NCBI GenBank assembly: GCA_002297005.1
Contig: DBIX01000048.1
Location: 23,793 to 87,792, forward strand
Length of the DNA stretch: 64,000 nt
Direction: 5' to 3'
DNA from: Cyanobacteria bacterium UBA791
GTDB taxonomy: Bacteria; Cyanobacteriota; Vampirovibrionia; Gastranaerophilales; Gastranaerophilaceae
The notes beneath the pieces are model-generated. The model was not told where the DNA came from and did not search any database. It worked only from the letters and a program-made list of their open reading frames with translations. Of the stretch, positions 1-7,862 are shown piece by piece. The stretch's first letter is position 1; each line of letters opens with the position of its first letter. A program made the position numbers and the translations under genes.

Positions 1-1221
1 AGCTGCAGCAAGCAAAGCACCGCAATCTTTTAATTTGTCGATTACAATAGAATTTCCTTTGTAATAAGGAATACCTGCTAAATCGCCTGCCTCTTCTGTC
101 CAAACACCTTTTGAATCAAGTGGTGAATAAACACCGATTTTGTATTTACAACAAACTTCATAGTCTTCTAAACCGTGACCAGGAGCTGTGTGAACAGAAC
201 CAGTACCAGCCTCTAATGTAACGTGTTCACCACATAAAATTGGTGATTTTCTGTCATACAATGGATGAACTGGAGTTAAGTTTTCTAAGTCTTGCCCCTT
301 GCAAGTGCCTAAAACTTTAATATCAGCCTCATTCCAGTCAACATCTTTTAAGAAACTTGCCAACAATTCTGTTGCTGCATAATAAATATCATTTTTGTAT
401 TCAAAGAATGTATATTCGAATCTAGGATGTACACTAATTGCCAAGTTTGATGGAATTGTCCATGGAGTTGTTGTCCAAATTACAGCGTACATATCTTTGT
501 CTGTATTTAAGAAATCAAATTTTGATTTTAAAGTATTTACACTTTCATCATCAAATTTAAATCTTACATAAATTGAAGTTGATGTATGATCTGCATATTC
601 AACCTCTGCCTCTGCTAAAGCAGTTTCGCAAGATGCACACCAATAAACTGGTTTTAAACCTTTTTCGATATAACCTTTTTTGTACATTTCACCAAATACT
701 CTAACTTGTTCAGCCTCGTATTTGCCGTCAATTGTAAGGTATGGATGTTCCCAATTACCTAAAACACCTAGTCTTTTGAATTCTGATTCTTGACCTTTTA
801 AACTGTTATGTGCGTATTCACGACATTTAGCTCTTAATTCAGCAGGAGTAACCGCATTACGACCTCCCTCAATATTTTTTACAACTTTGTTTTCGATAGG
901 TAAACCGTGTCCGTCATATCCTGGAACATAAGGTGCATAGTAACCTTTTTGAGATTTATATTTGATTAAAATATCTTTTAAAATTTTGTTTAAAGCTGTA
1001 CCTACGTGAATTTTTTCTGAACTTAAATATGGAGGTCCATCATGTAAAATAAAGCTATTTGTTTTATCTCTTTGAGAAATCATTTCCTCATAAATATTAT
1101 TTTCTGCCCAAAATTCTTGAATTTCAGGTTCTCTCTTTGTAGCATTTGCTCTCATTTGCAATGTTGTTTGAGGCAAATTCAAAGTATCTTTGTACTCGCT
1201 TTTTTTATTATCTTCTGCCAT
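1..1221 (-). CDS. ileS: Isoleucine--tRNA ligase, N-terminal part (3' end lies beyond the window edge)
   Basis: Minus-strand ORF open to position 1, with ATG at 1221-1219. It is absent from the ORF track because it runs off the edge. Translation starts MAEDNKKSEYKDTLNLPQTTLQMRANATKREPEIQEFW and contains HDGPPY, YVPGYDGHGLPIE and WTTTPWTIPSN, which are class Ia IleRS signatures. Confidence 0.9.
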   Translation of the reverse strand, partial: MAEDNKKSEYKDTLNLPQTTLQMRANATKREPEIQEFWAENNIYEEMISQRDKTNSFILHDGPPYLSSEKIHVGTALNKILKDILIKYKSQKGYYAPYVPGYDGHGLPIENKVVKNIEGGRNAVTPAELRAKCREYAHNSLKGQESEFKRLGVLGNWEHPYLTIDGKYEAEQVRVFGEMYKKGYIEKGLKPVYWCASCETALAEAEVEYADHTSTSIYVRFKFDDESVNTLKSKFDFLNTDKDMYAVIWTTTPWTIPSNLAISVHPRFEYTFFEYKNDIYYAATELLASFLKDVDWNEADIKVLGTCKGQDLENLTPVHPLYDRKSPILCGEHVTLEAGTGSVHTAPGHGLEDYEVCCKYKIGVYSPLDSKGVWTEEAGDLAGIPYYKGNSIVIDKLKDCGALLAAA

Positions 1222-1251
1222 CTATCTTTCCTCTAAATTAATATACTAAAT

Positions 1252-2556
1252 TTAAACTTTTGCCATAGCCTTGTTATTAGCTCTAAATCTAGCTAACAAA
1301 GCTTTTCTACGAGAAGCACGTGAAATATAGTGTTGCATTTTTGTATCGTCAAATTGACCTTCCCAACGAGCAACAACAACAGTTGCAACACAGTTACCAA
1401 TCAAGTTAATTGTTGTTCTACCCATATCTAAAATATGATCAATACCTAACAAAATTGCAACCCCAATAATTGGGTAATTGAAAGTTGTTAAAGTACCTGC
1501 AAGAACAATTAATGAAACTCTTGGCACACCAGCAATACCTTTGCTTGCAAACATCAAGGCAAGCATAATTGCTAATTGTTGTTCAATATTCAAATGAATC
1601 CCAACAAGTTGAGTTGAGAATAATACCGCAACAGAAACACCTAAAGTACTTCCGTCCAAATTAAACGTATAACCAGTTGGCATAACAAAACTTACAATAT
1701 TTCTTGGGACACCAAACTTTTCCAAAATCTCCATAGATTTTGGTAAAGCCGCCTCAGAACTTGTTGTTGTAAATGCCAATAATATTTGATCTTTAATTGC
1801 TGACATTAGTTTCCAGAACGGAACTCTAACAATATGACAAACAACATTTAAAACTAAGAATACGAATATTGCTAAAGCACTATACAAGCAGAAAATTACT
1901 TTCCCGTAACTTTTTAGAACACCAATACCATTGATACCAATAGCTGAAGCTACCGCCCCAAAAATACCAAATGGAGCAAAATACATAACGTATTCTGTAA
2001 ATTTAAACATAACTTTCGCAGTAGCATTTAATACATCTAAAACAGGTTTAGCAGATTTTCCAACCGCACAAATCGCAACTGCAAAGAATAAAGAGAAGAT
2101 AACTATTTGCAATAAGTTACCATCTGCCATAGCTTTTACAACAGAAGTTGGAAACATACCAATCAACATATCCGCAAAAGAATTGTTTGGATTGATAGTA
2201 GCCAAATGTTGAGCTGCTTGCATATCATGAGCACTAACTGCTGTATTAATTACGCCCTCACCAGGTTTTACAATATTACCCATTGCAAGACCAATAATCA
2301 AAGCGAAAGTTGTAACTATTTCAAAATAAATTAATGTTTTTAAACCAATTTTACCAAGTGATTTAATATCACCGTGACCTGCAATACCAACTACCAAAGT
2401 TGAGAATAGCAATGGAGCAATAATCATTTTAATCATATTTAAAAAGATTTTTGCTAATGGTGCAGTTTTAACCGCCAAAGAAGGACATAACCAACCAAAT
2501 AAAGCACCCAAAATAAGGGCTGAAAATATTGCCGTAGTTAGTTTTGAATTTTTCAC
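1252..2556 (-). CDS. Dicarboxylate/amino acid:cation symporter (DAACS, GltP/SstT-like)
   Basis: 434-aa polytopic membrane protein. It has DAACS-like segments (SSEAALP, FNLDGST, LDMGRTTINLIGN). It sits only 30 nt upstream of ileS on the same strand. Confidence 0.85.
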   Translation of the reverse strand: MKNSKLTTAIFSALILGALFGWLCPSLAVKTAPLAKIFLNMIKMIIAPLLFSTLVVGIAGHGDIKSLGKIGLKTLIYFEIVTTFALIIGLAMGNIVKPGEGVINTAVSAHDMQAAQHLATINPNNSFADMLIGMFPTSVVKAMADGNLLQIVIFSLFFAVAICAVGKSAKPVLDVLNATAKVMFKFTEYVMYFAPFGIFGAVASAIGINGIGVLKSYGKVIFCLYSALAIFVFLVLNVVCHIVRVPFWKLMSAIKDQILLAFTTTSSEAALPKSMEILEKFGVPRNIVSFVMPTGYTFNLDGSTLGVSVAVLFSTQLVGIHLNIEQQLAIMLALMFASKGIAGVPRVSLIVLAGTLTTFNYPIIGVAILLGIDHILDMGRTTINLIGNCVATVVVARWEGQFDDTKMQHYISRASRRKALLARFRANNKAMAKV

Positions 2557-2632
2557 GCTATTTCCTTTCCTTCTTCCAACATTACAATTATATTATAAAA
2601 ATTCTTTGAAATGGCATTCCTTGATATAATTT

Positions 2633-3544
2633 TTACATGTTTGTAATTAATTTTTTACGTTCAGAAAGAAAATCAGGTAAATCAGTAGTGGTTTCAAGTA
2701 CAGTTATAGCACCCTCTTCAAGCAATCTTGATTTTAATTTTTCGCTCTTATCACGAGGTGGAAGAACACCAATGCCATTTACTTTAGAATTTCTAGCACA
2801 AATCATATCATCTACTGTATCACCTAGATAATAAATTTCATTAGCAATAACTTTTTCTTTTATTATAGAAACACCTTTTGTATCTGGTTTTTGGTGATTC
2901 CAACCAACGTTTTCAAAAGTAATTATCGGATAAAAATATTTTTTCAAATTCCATTTATTTACAGTATATGTAGCAGAGGCTTTATCCCTGCCTGTAAAAA
3001 TAGCTAGATTATAATTTTTTACCAATTCTTTTACACAGTCTTCTGTCAAAATTAGAGTTTCTGCATCAATCAAACCACCTTTTCCGTCAAAATATATGTC
3101 CATATAATATTTAGCCATATCTTCAAATTTGACATCAAAATCACGTTCATCAAATAAATACATCAAAATATCCCAGTCACTATTAAAACCACCACGATAT
3201 TTTATTTCATTTATTTCATCAAAAGTAAGTTCTTCACCAGTAAAATGTTTATAAGTTTGAGAAGTTACAACTAGAAAAGATTCATTTGTATTCATAATAA
3301 CTCCATCCATATCAAAAATTATGGTTGGTCTTAGTGAAATTTTTTCTATAAATTTCTCAATTCTTTGAGGCTCATGTTCATTTAAAACAAAACATTCTTT
3401 CTCTTCATTAAATTCAATATCAATGTTGTGCAAATCAACAATATGTTTGATAAAATCTGTTTTTTCATCAAAATAAACTTCTACAAGTCCATTGTCTTCT
3501 ATCATATTTGCATTTAGTTTTTCTAATTCTAATTTATAGTCCAT
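2633..3544 (-). CDS. HAD-superfamily hydrolase/phosphatase with an N-terminal extension
   Basis: HAD motif I is present (IIFDMDGVIMNT), as are the late motifs (FTGR, and GDTVDDM near the C-terminus). About 75 extra N-terminal residues are of unknown function. Confidence 0.7.
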   Translation of the reverse strand: MDYKLELEKLNANMIEDNGLVEVYFDEKTDFIKHIVDLHNIDIEFNEEKECFVLNEHEPQRIEKFIEKISLRPTIIFDMDGVIMNTNESFLVVTSQTYKHFTGEELTFDEINEIKYRGGFNSDWDILMYLFDERDFDVKFEDMAKYYMDIYFDGKGGLIDAETLILTEDCVKELVKNYNLAIFTGRDKASATYTVNKWNLKKYFYPIITFENVGWNHQKPDTKGVSIIKEKVIANEIYYLGDTVDDMICARNSKVNGIGVLPPRDKSEKLKSRLLEEGAITVLETTTDLPDFLSERKKLITNM

Positions 3545-3597
3545 AATTCATCCCATAGTTTGATGTAAAATTCTCTCTAATAGAATATTATCATAGT

Positions 3598-4980
3598 ATG
3601 AAAAATGTTTGCAACAGAATTTTAATTGGATTACTTTTATTTTTTGTAGGACTAAAAGTTTATGCCCTAAATGTAATCTACCCAACTTCAAACACTATGA
3701 ATACAAATTCTAGTTCAACATTTTTCGTAGGAAATTCTGACCCTGATGATGATTTATACATAAATAATTTAAAAATAGATGTACATAAATCAGGTGCTTT
3801 CGCTCAAAAAGTTCCACTAGAAATAGGTAAAAATATTTTTACCCTAAAAACTTCTTTGGGTGAAAAAAAATACATTATAAATAGAAAAGCTGTGCTTGGA
3901 GTAACTTATAGCAACTCTAATTCTATGGCTAATTTTAAACCCTATAAGGAAGTAAAATATTTTTACGTTAAAAAAGAGGGAACTGCACTAAGAAGAACAC
4001 CCGTAGAAAGCGGTATCAATAGACTTTCACATCTTGAAAAAGATGTTATTTTAAGAATTGATGGTGAAATGTACAACTTATACCGAGTAAAGTTAACAGA
4101 TAACAATTTTGCCTGGGTGAACAAAAATGCAGTTTATGAAAAACCAGCAGACGAAGTTGTTGAACCAGCAAAAATCTTAGCTCAATATTTTGACCAAAGT
4201 AAAAACTCTTATTTTTATAAATTCAGAATTGATAAGAGAATCCCATACTATATCGAAGAGGGAAAACCACTTGTATTACACCTATTCAACACAGACGGCA
4301 AAGAAACAGTTTTACCTCTAAAAATGAACTATGACCTAATGGGTTATGATGCATATTATAGAAATAGTTACTTAATTTTAGAAGTTAAGAAAAAACTAAA
4401 ACTATATAGATTTAGACCGCTAAAAGACATTACTATTGTAATTGATGCAGGTCATGGCGGAGCAGAAAGAGGTGCAGTAAGCTGTCTTGGTAATGATGAA
4501 AAAGATATAAATTTAAAAATAGCACTTTTCCTATTTGAAGAGCTTTCAAAAAAAGGTGCAGATATTTATATGACAAGATTTACAGACGAGTTTGTATCAC
4601 TTGACGATAGAGTAAAATATGCTCACGACAAGAAAGCTGACATCTTTATAAGTATTCATGCAAACTCTCTACCTGACGGAAAAGACCCAAAGACTTCAAG
4701 AGGTTCAAGCATCTATTACTATTATGATGAAGCAAAGCCACTTGCGGAAAGTATTCTTAACAACATGGTAGAAAGATTAAAAGTTAATAACGATGGAATT
4801 TACCAAAGAAGTTTTGCCGTTGTTAGAAATAGCCGTGCATTGAGCGTTCTTGTAGAAACAGGTTATGTCATAAACCCAGAAGATAACGTCCTTTTAAATA
4901 ATGAACGTTTTCAAAAAAATTGTGCGAAAGCAATAGCAAAAGGTGTTATAGAATATCTTAAAAATAGTCAGGAAAAATAA
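3598..4980 (+). CDS. N-acetylmuramoyl-L-alanine amidase (Amidase_3 family) with signal peptide
   Basis: The C-terminal domain IVIDAGHGGAERGA...EKDINL...DIFISIHANS matches the AmiA/B/C-type zinc amidase pattern. The N-terminus is hydrophobic. Confidence 0.85.
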   Translation: MKNVCNRILIGLLLFFVGLKVYALNVIYPTSNTMNTNSSSTFFVGNSDPDDDLYINNLKIDVHKSGAFAQKVPLEIGKNIFTLKTSLGEKKYIINRKAVLGVTYSNSNSMANFKPYKEVKYFYVKKEGTALRRTPVESGINRLSHLEKDVILRIDGEMYNLYRVKLTDNNFAWVNKNAVYEKPADEVVEPAKILAQYFDQSKNSYFYKFRIDKRIPYYIEEGKPLVLHLFNTDGKETVLPLKMNYDLMGYDAYYRNSYLILEVKKKLKLYRFRPLKDITIVIDAGHGGAERGAVSCLGNDEKDINLKIALFLFEELSKKGADIYMTRFTDEFVSLDDRVKYAHDKKADIFISIHANSLPDGKDPKTSRGSSIYYYYDEAKPLAESILNNMVERLKVNNDGIYQRSFAVVRNSRALSVLVETGYVINPEDNVLLNNERFQKNCAKAIAKGVIEYLKNSQEK

Positions 4981-4995
4981 TTTCAAGGATTAGTA

Positions 4996-5886
4996 ATGAA
5001 AAGATTAGCAATATTTGCCCATTTTGATAAAAATAATATAATCGATGATTACGTGGTTTATTATGTTAATCAACTAAAAAAATATTGCGAAAAAGTCTTA
5101 TTTCTAAGCCTTTCAGACCTGCCTCAAGAGGAAGAAAACAAGTTAGATGATATTATTTTAGTAAAACATAACGAATACGATTTTGGCTCATACAAAAGAG
5201 GTTTTAACTACGCAAAAGAAAATGGCATGCTTGAAGACCTTGATGAAATCTTATTTGTAAACGACAGCGTATATTGTGTTAACCCTCTTGATAAAATCTT
5301 TGAAAATGAACCTAAAACAGATTTTTGGGGAATTGTAGAAAACAAATTTGGTTTTAAAAAATATGGCAAATTTTGTTTTTCAAAAAAATCGTCACATCTT
5401 CAAAGTTGGTTTTTAGCTTTTAGAAAAAATGTTTTTGAAAGCGAGTGCTTTCAAGATTTTTTGAACTCTGTAAAAGAAGAAAAATGCAAAAACGACGTTA
5501 TTCTAAATTATGAAATAAAACTTACACAAACGCTAAAAGATAACGGTTTTAACTATTCTGCAATTCTTAAAGATTTCAAAAACTCTTATAATCCATCAAT
5601 TTATTATTGGAGAGAGATTTTAAAAGAAGACATACCTTTTATAAAACGTTCTGTTTTGCTGGGTTTAAATAGAGATAAAACGACGATTGTAGATTTTGAA
5701 CAAGAAATAACGAATAAAGAAGCACTTGATTTTATCAAAAAAAATACTGGAGAAATAAAGATAAACAAATTTGCACCAAAAAGCGTTAAGCTAACGATGT
5801 TTAAATTTTTAAGAGTTTGTCCTGATGTTTTAAGAAGAGTTTTAACTAAAATCCTAAAAATCTTTTTTGGATTTTTATTTGATTAA
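4996..5886 (+). CDS. RgpF/COG3754-like polysaccharide (rhamnan-type) biosynthesis protein
   Basis: The N-terminus LAIFAHFDKNNIIDDYVVYYVNQL resembles the conserved start of RgpF-family proteins. The stop overlaps the stop of the convergent GT2 gene. Confidence 0.6.
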   Translation: MKRLAIFAHFDKNNIIDDYVVYYVNQLKKYCEKVLFLSLSDLPQEEENKLDDIILVKHNEYDFGSYKRGFNYAKENGMLEDLDEILFVNDSVYCVNPLDKIFENEPKTDFWGIVENKFGFKKYGKFCFSKKSSHLQSWFLAFRKNVFESECFQDFLNSVKEEKCKNDVILNYEIKLTQTLKDNGFNYSAILKDFKNSYNPSIYYWREILKEDIPFIKRSVLLGLNRDKTTIVDFEQEITNKEALDFIKKNTGEIKINKFAPKSVKLTMFKFLRVCPDVLRRVLTKILKIFFGFLFD

Positions 5887-6752
5887 TCATCAAACAAAGG
5901 TGATTGACGTTTTTTAATATGCAGAATATCTTTTATTTTTCGGATAAAAACAATATTGTAATACTTTGCTCTAGAAAATATCATACCTAAAATAGAAAAA
6001 ACTAAGAATGGAATAAATTTTAGACCTAATTTTTGATTTTTATAAACGTCAAGATATGCACTAATATTTGCCATTTTAAATTTAGTTTTTTTCTTTCGAG
6101 TAATGTAACTTTGTCTGTGCTGACGCCATTTTGTAAGTTTTTCTTTCATATAATAAGCATCTGTATTATACGCAATATGAATATATATCCACCAATCAAG
6201 AAGTGAATCTATCGGGGTTTCAAAATTCAAATTTTCAAATAGTTCACGCTTAATCATAACTGATGAAAAAGTTAGGATTAAATTATGAAGATTAATATCG
6301 TAGAAAATATTTTTTGGAAAAGTCTTTTTATTCAAAATTTTTCTGACTCTTTCAAAATTCTTTTTAACAGCCAACAGCCATTTTTCATCACCAAATTCTA
6401 AAACATCATTAAAAATAATGCCAACTTGTGTATATTTTTTTGCATATTCTAATCTTTTTTCTAAAGTTTCAGGAAACCAAGTATCATCACTTTCTAAAAA
6501 AGCTATCCAATCTCCAGTACAAATCGAAATAGCTCTTTGCATAGAACCTTTTAAGCCTATATTTTGTTCATTTTGAATAAATTTTATACGCTCATCATTA
6601 AATTGTTTTATAACATTTACAGAATTATCAGTAGAACAATCATCAATAATAATAATCTCAAAATCAGAATATGTTTGATTAAGAACAGACTCAATTGCCT
6701 CTTTAATATATTGTTCGTAATTGTAACTTGTAATAATAACTGAAACTTTCAT
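5883..6752 (-). CDS. Family 2 glycosyltransferase
   Basis: MKVSVIITSYNYEQYIKEAIESVLNQTYSDFEIIIIDDCSTDNS is a canonical GT-A/GT2 N-terminus. A DxD-like ESDD motif is present. Confidence 0.85.
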   Translation of the reverse strand: MKVSVIITSYNYEQYIKEAIESVLNQTYSDFEIIIIDDCSTDNSVNVIKQFNDERIKFIQNEQNIGLKGSMQRAISICTGDWIAFLESDDTWFPETLEKRLEYAKKYTQVGIIFNDVLEFGDEKWLLAVKKNFERVRKILNKKTFPKNIFYDINLHNLILTFSSVMIKRELFENLNFETPIDSLLDWWIYIHIAYNTDAYYMKEKLTKWRQHRQSYITRKKKTKFKMANISAYLDVYKNQKLGLKFIPFLVFSILGMIFSRAKYYNIVFIRKIKDILHIKKRQSPLFDD

Positions 6753-6834
6753 ATTTATATTTTAGCAAAAGTCTTTATTTATAGCACTTTCACTTTTTAT
6801 TGTAACAAATTCGTAACATGTTAAGGCAAATCTC

Positions 6835-6862
6835 TAAAGAAACATGAAAAACAGACCGATAA
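6835..6862 (+). promoter_or_regulatory. Sigma-28 (FliA/SigD)-like promoter, unit A
   Basis: TAAA (6835-6838), a 16-nt spacer, then aCCGATAA (6855-6862). The consensus is TAAA-N15-GCCGATAA. It lies about 42 nt upstream of the ATG at 6905. Confidence 0.45.
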
Positions 6863-6904
6863 AAAATATGTAAGCAAGATAACTAATAAAAAGGATATGT
6901 GAAT

Positions 6905-7060
6905 ATGTTAAGAAAAATCGAATTACCAACTACTAATATTGATAACAGTGTTGAATTTATTTTGAGAGGAGCAAAAAAACGCAGATCAATGGCTATGGCA
7001 TCTGCAAGAATGCTAACTAACGAACAAGGCATTCAAACTATGTTGGTTGCAGTAAAATAG
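6905..7060 (+). CDS. Small basic protein A (51 aa), unknown family
   Basis: Translation is MLRKIELPTTNIDNSVEFILRGAKKRRSMAMASARMLTNEQGIQTMLVAVK. An AAGGA Shine-Dalgarno sits 8-9 nt upstream. The paralogue at 7386 conserves the amino acids through synonymous codon changes. It is below the ORF-track length cut-off. Confidence 0.6.
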   Translation: MLRKIELPTTNIDNSVEFILRGAKKRRSMAMASARMLTNEQGIQTMLVAVK

Positions 7061-7222
7061 CTTCTCCGGTGTTACCGGTAGAAAGTTAAAAAGAAGAAAA
7101 ACTGAAAGGAGACTAAGACAAAAACAATAGAGTGTGTAGAGTGACCGAGAAATCGGGATGTGTGTAAAAGAAAAAGCAACCAAAATGTGTGAGATAAGAT
7201 GATTAGAAAAAAAATCTTTGAG

Positions 7223-7245
7223 GCGACCAAAAGGTCGCTTTTTTA
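7223..7245 (+). terminator. Rho-independent terminator after small ORF A
   Basis: gcgacc-aaaa-ggtcgc hairpin followed by tttttt. Confidence 0.7.
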
Positions 7246-7316
7246 TTGCAAAAAAGACTTCTCACCGGCTTTCGCCTTTCTTTGTAACAAAGTCTTAACA
7301 TAACAGTTCAAATCTC

Positions 7317-7344
7317 TAAAGTTTTTTGAAACCTCATCCGATAT
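7317..7344 (+). promoter_or_regulatory. Sigma-28 (FliA/SigD)-like promoter, unit B
   Basis: TAAAGTTT (7317-7324) matches the extended -35 consensus exactly. It is followed by N12 and tCCGATAT (7337-7344), which is a B. subtilis SigD-like -10. Confidence 0.5.
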
Positions 7345-7385
7345 ATAACTTGTAAGCAATAGAACAATAAATAAGGATGTGTGTT

Positions 7386-7541
7386 ATGTTAAGAAAAATC
7401 GAAATGCCAAGCAATAATATTGAATCTTCAGTAGAATTCGTTTTAAGAGGTGCTAAAAAAAGACGTTCAATGGCTATGGCAACAGCAAGAAGCTTAACTA
7501 ATGAACAAGGTATAAAAACAATGTTGGTTGCTATCAACTAA
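7386..7541 (+). CDS. Small basic protein B (51 aa), paralogue of 6905..7060
   Basis: Translation is MLRKIEMPSNNIESSVEFVLRGAKKRRSMAMATARSLTNEQGIKTMLVAIN. An AAGGA Shine-Dalgarno is present. It is 40/51 identical to A. The track ORF 7334..7537(-) is its antisense shadow. Confidence 0.6.
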   Translation: MLRKIEMPSNNIESSVEFVLRGAKKRRSMAMATARSLTNEQGIKTMLVAIN

Positions 7542-7685
7542 TAAATTTTAGAGATAAATACCAAAAGTAATCGATTGAGAAAACATAAACAAACACAGGA
7601 TAAGAGAATTTATAAGTACACAAATCATAGTAAAAAAAGGAGTCTAGGAGGGCTTCTTTTTTTATGCAAAAATTCACAAAAAAAA

Positions 7686-7710
7686 ATGACTTCCGAAGAA
7701 GTCATTTTTT
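7686..7710. terminator. Bidirectional rho-independent terminator (small ORF B on +, tRNA-Cys on -)
   Basis: An 8-bp stem atgacttc-cgaa-gaagtcat, flanked by an A-run upstream and a T-run downstream. Confidence 0.7.
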
Positions 7711-7719
7711 AATTTAAAA

Positions 7720-7791
7720 AGGCGACACCCAGATTCGAACTGGGGGATAAAAGCTTTGCAGGCTTCTGCCTTACCACTTGGCCATGTCGCC
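7720..7791 (-). tRNA. tRNA-Cys (GCA)
   Basis: The reverse complement GGCGACATGGCCAAGTGGTAAGGCAGAAGCCTGCAAAGCTTTTATCCCCCAGTTCGAATCTGGGTGTCGCCT folds as a cloverleaf. It has a 7-bp acceptor stem, anticodon loop CTGCAAA, T-arm CCCAG/TTCGAAT/CTGGG and discriminator U. CCA is not encoded. Confidence 0.93.
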
Positions 7792-7862
7792 ACATCCGTA
7801 ACATAATAATATTGTAATCAAGAGGGTTTGTCAATAACTCTTCTTTATAATCTTTTTTTATT

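Larger units (their letters stand above)
6795..7710 (+). repeat. Tandem duplication of a ~0.45-kb module (TTGTAACAA palindrome, sigma-28-like promoter, 51-aa ORF, long 3' UTR, terminator)
   Basis: Unit A spans about 6795-7250 and unit B about 7278-7710. The upstream leaders share conserved blocks (ttgtaacaaa, caaatctctaaag, ccgata, tgtaagcaa, aaggat.tgtg). The two ORFs are 40/51 aa identical. Confidence 0.8.

Noticed and set aside
1222-1251. T-box, TPP or other riboswitch leaders upstream of ileS, lysS (33015-33046) and thiL (52292-52533)
   Set aside because: The ileS and lysS upstream gaps are only about 30 nt. The thiL upstream region lacks the conserved CUGAGA/ACCUGA TPP-aptamer cores when read on the minus strand.
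5883-5886. Convergent genes sharing overlapping stop codons (also at 57615-57618)
   Set aside because: TTAA/TTAG stop-stop overlaps are a trivial consequence of compact AT-rich genomes. They are noted, but are not evidence of regulation on their own.
7334-7537. 67-aa minus-strand ORF from the supplied track
   Set aside because: It is the antisense shadow of small ORF B (7386-7541, + strand). Small ORF B has a Shine-Dalgarno, a paralogue and synonymous-substitution support, whereas the minus-strand frame is hydrophobic noise with no Shine-Dalgarno.
4996-7541. Glycocin/RiPP hypothesis: small peptides next to a GT2 glycosyltransferase
   Set aside because: The 51-aa peptides contain no Cys, whereas glycocins are disulfide-stapled and often S-glycosylated. 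They have no obvious leader/core boundary or double-Gly site. No peptidase-ABC exporter or thiol-disulfide isomerase gene is nearby. The GT2 gene also looks like an ordinary polysaccharide GT paired with an RgpF-like gene.
6753-7862. Mobile element or genomic island integrated at tRNA-Cys
   Set aside because: No integrase, transposase, direct repeat of the tRNA 3' end or terminal inverted repeats were seen. The duplication is a local tandem one.
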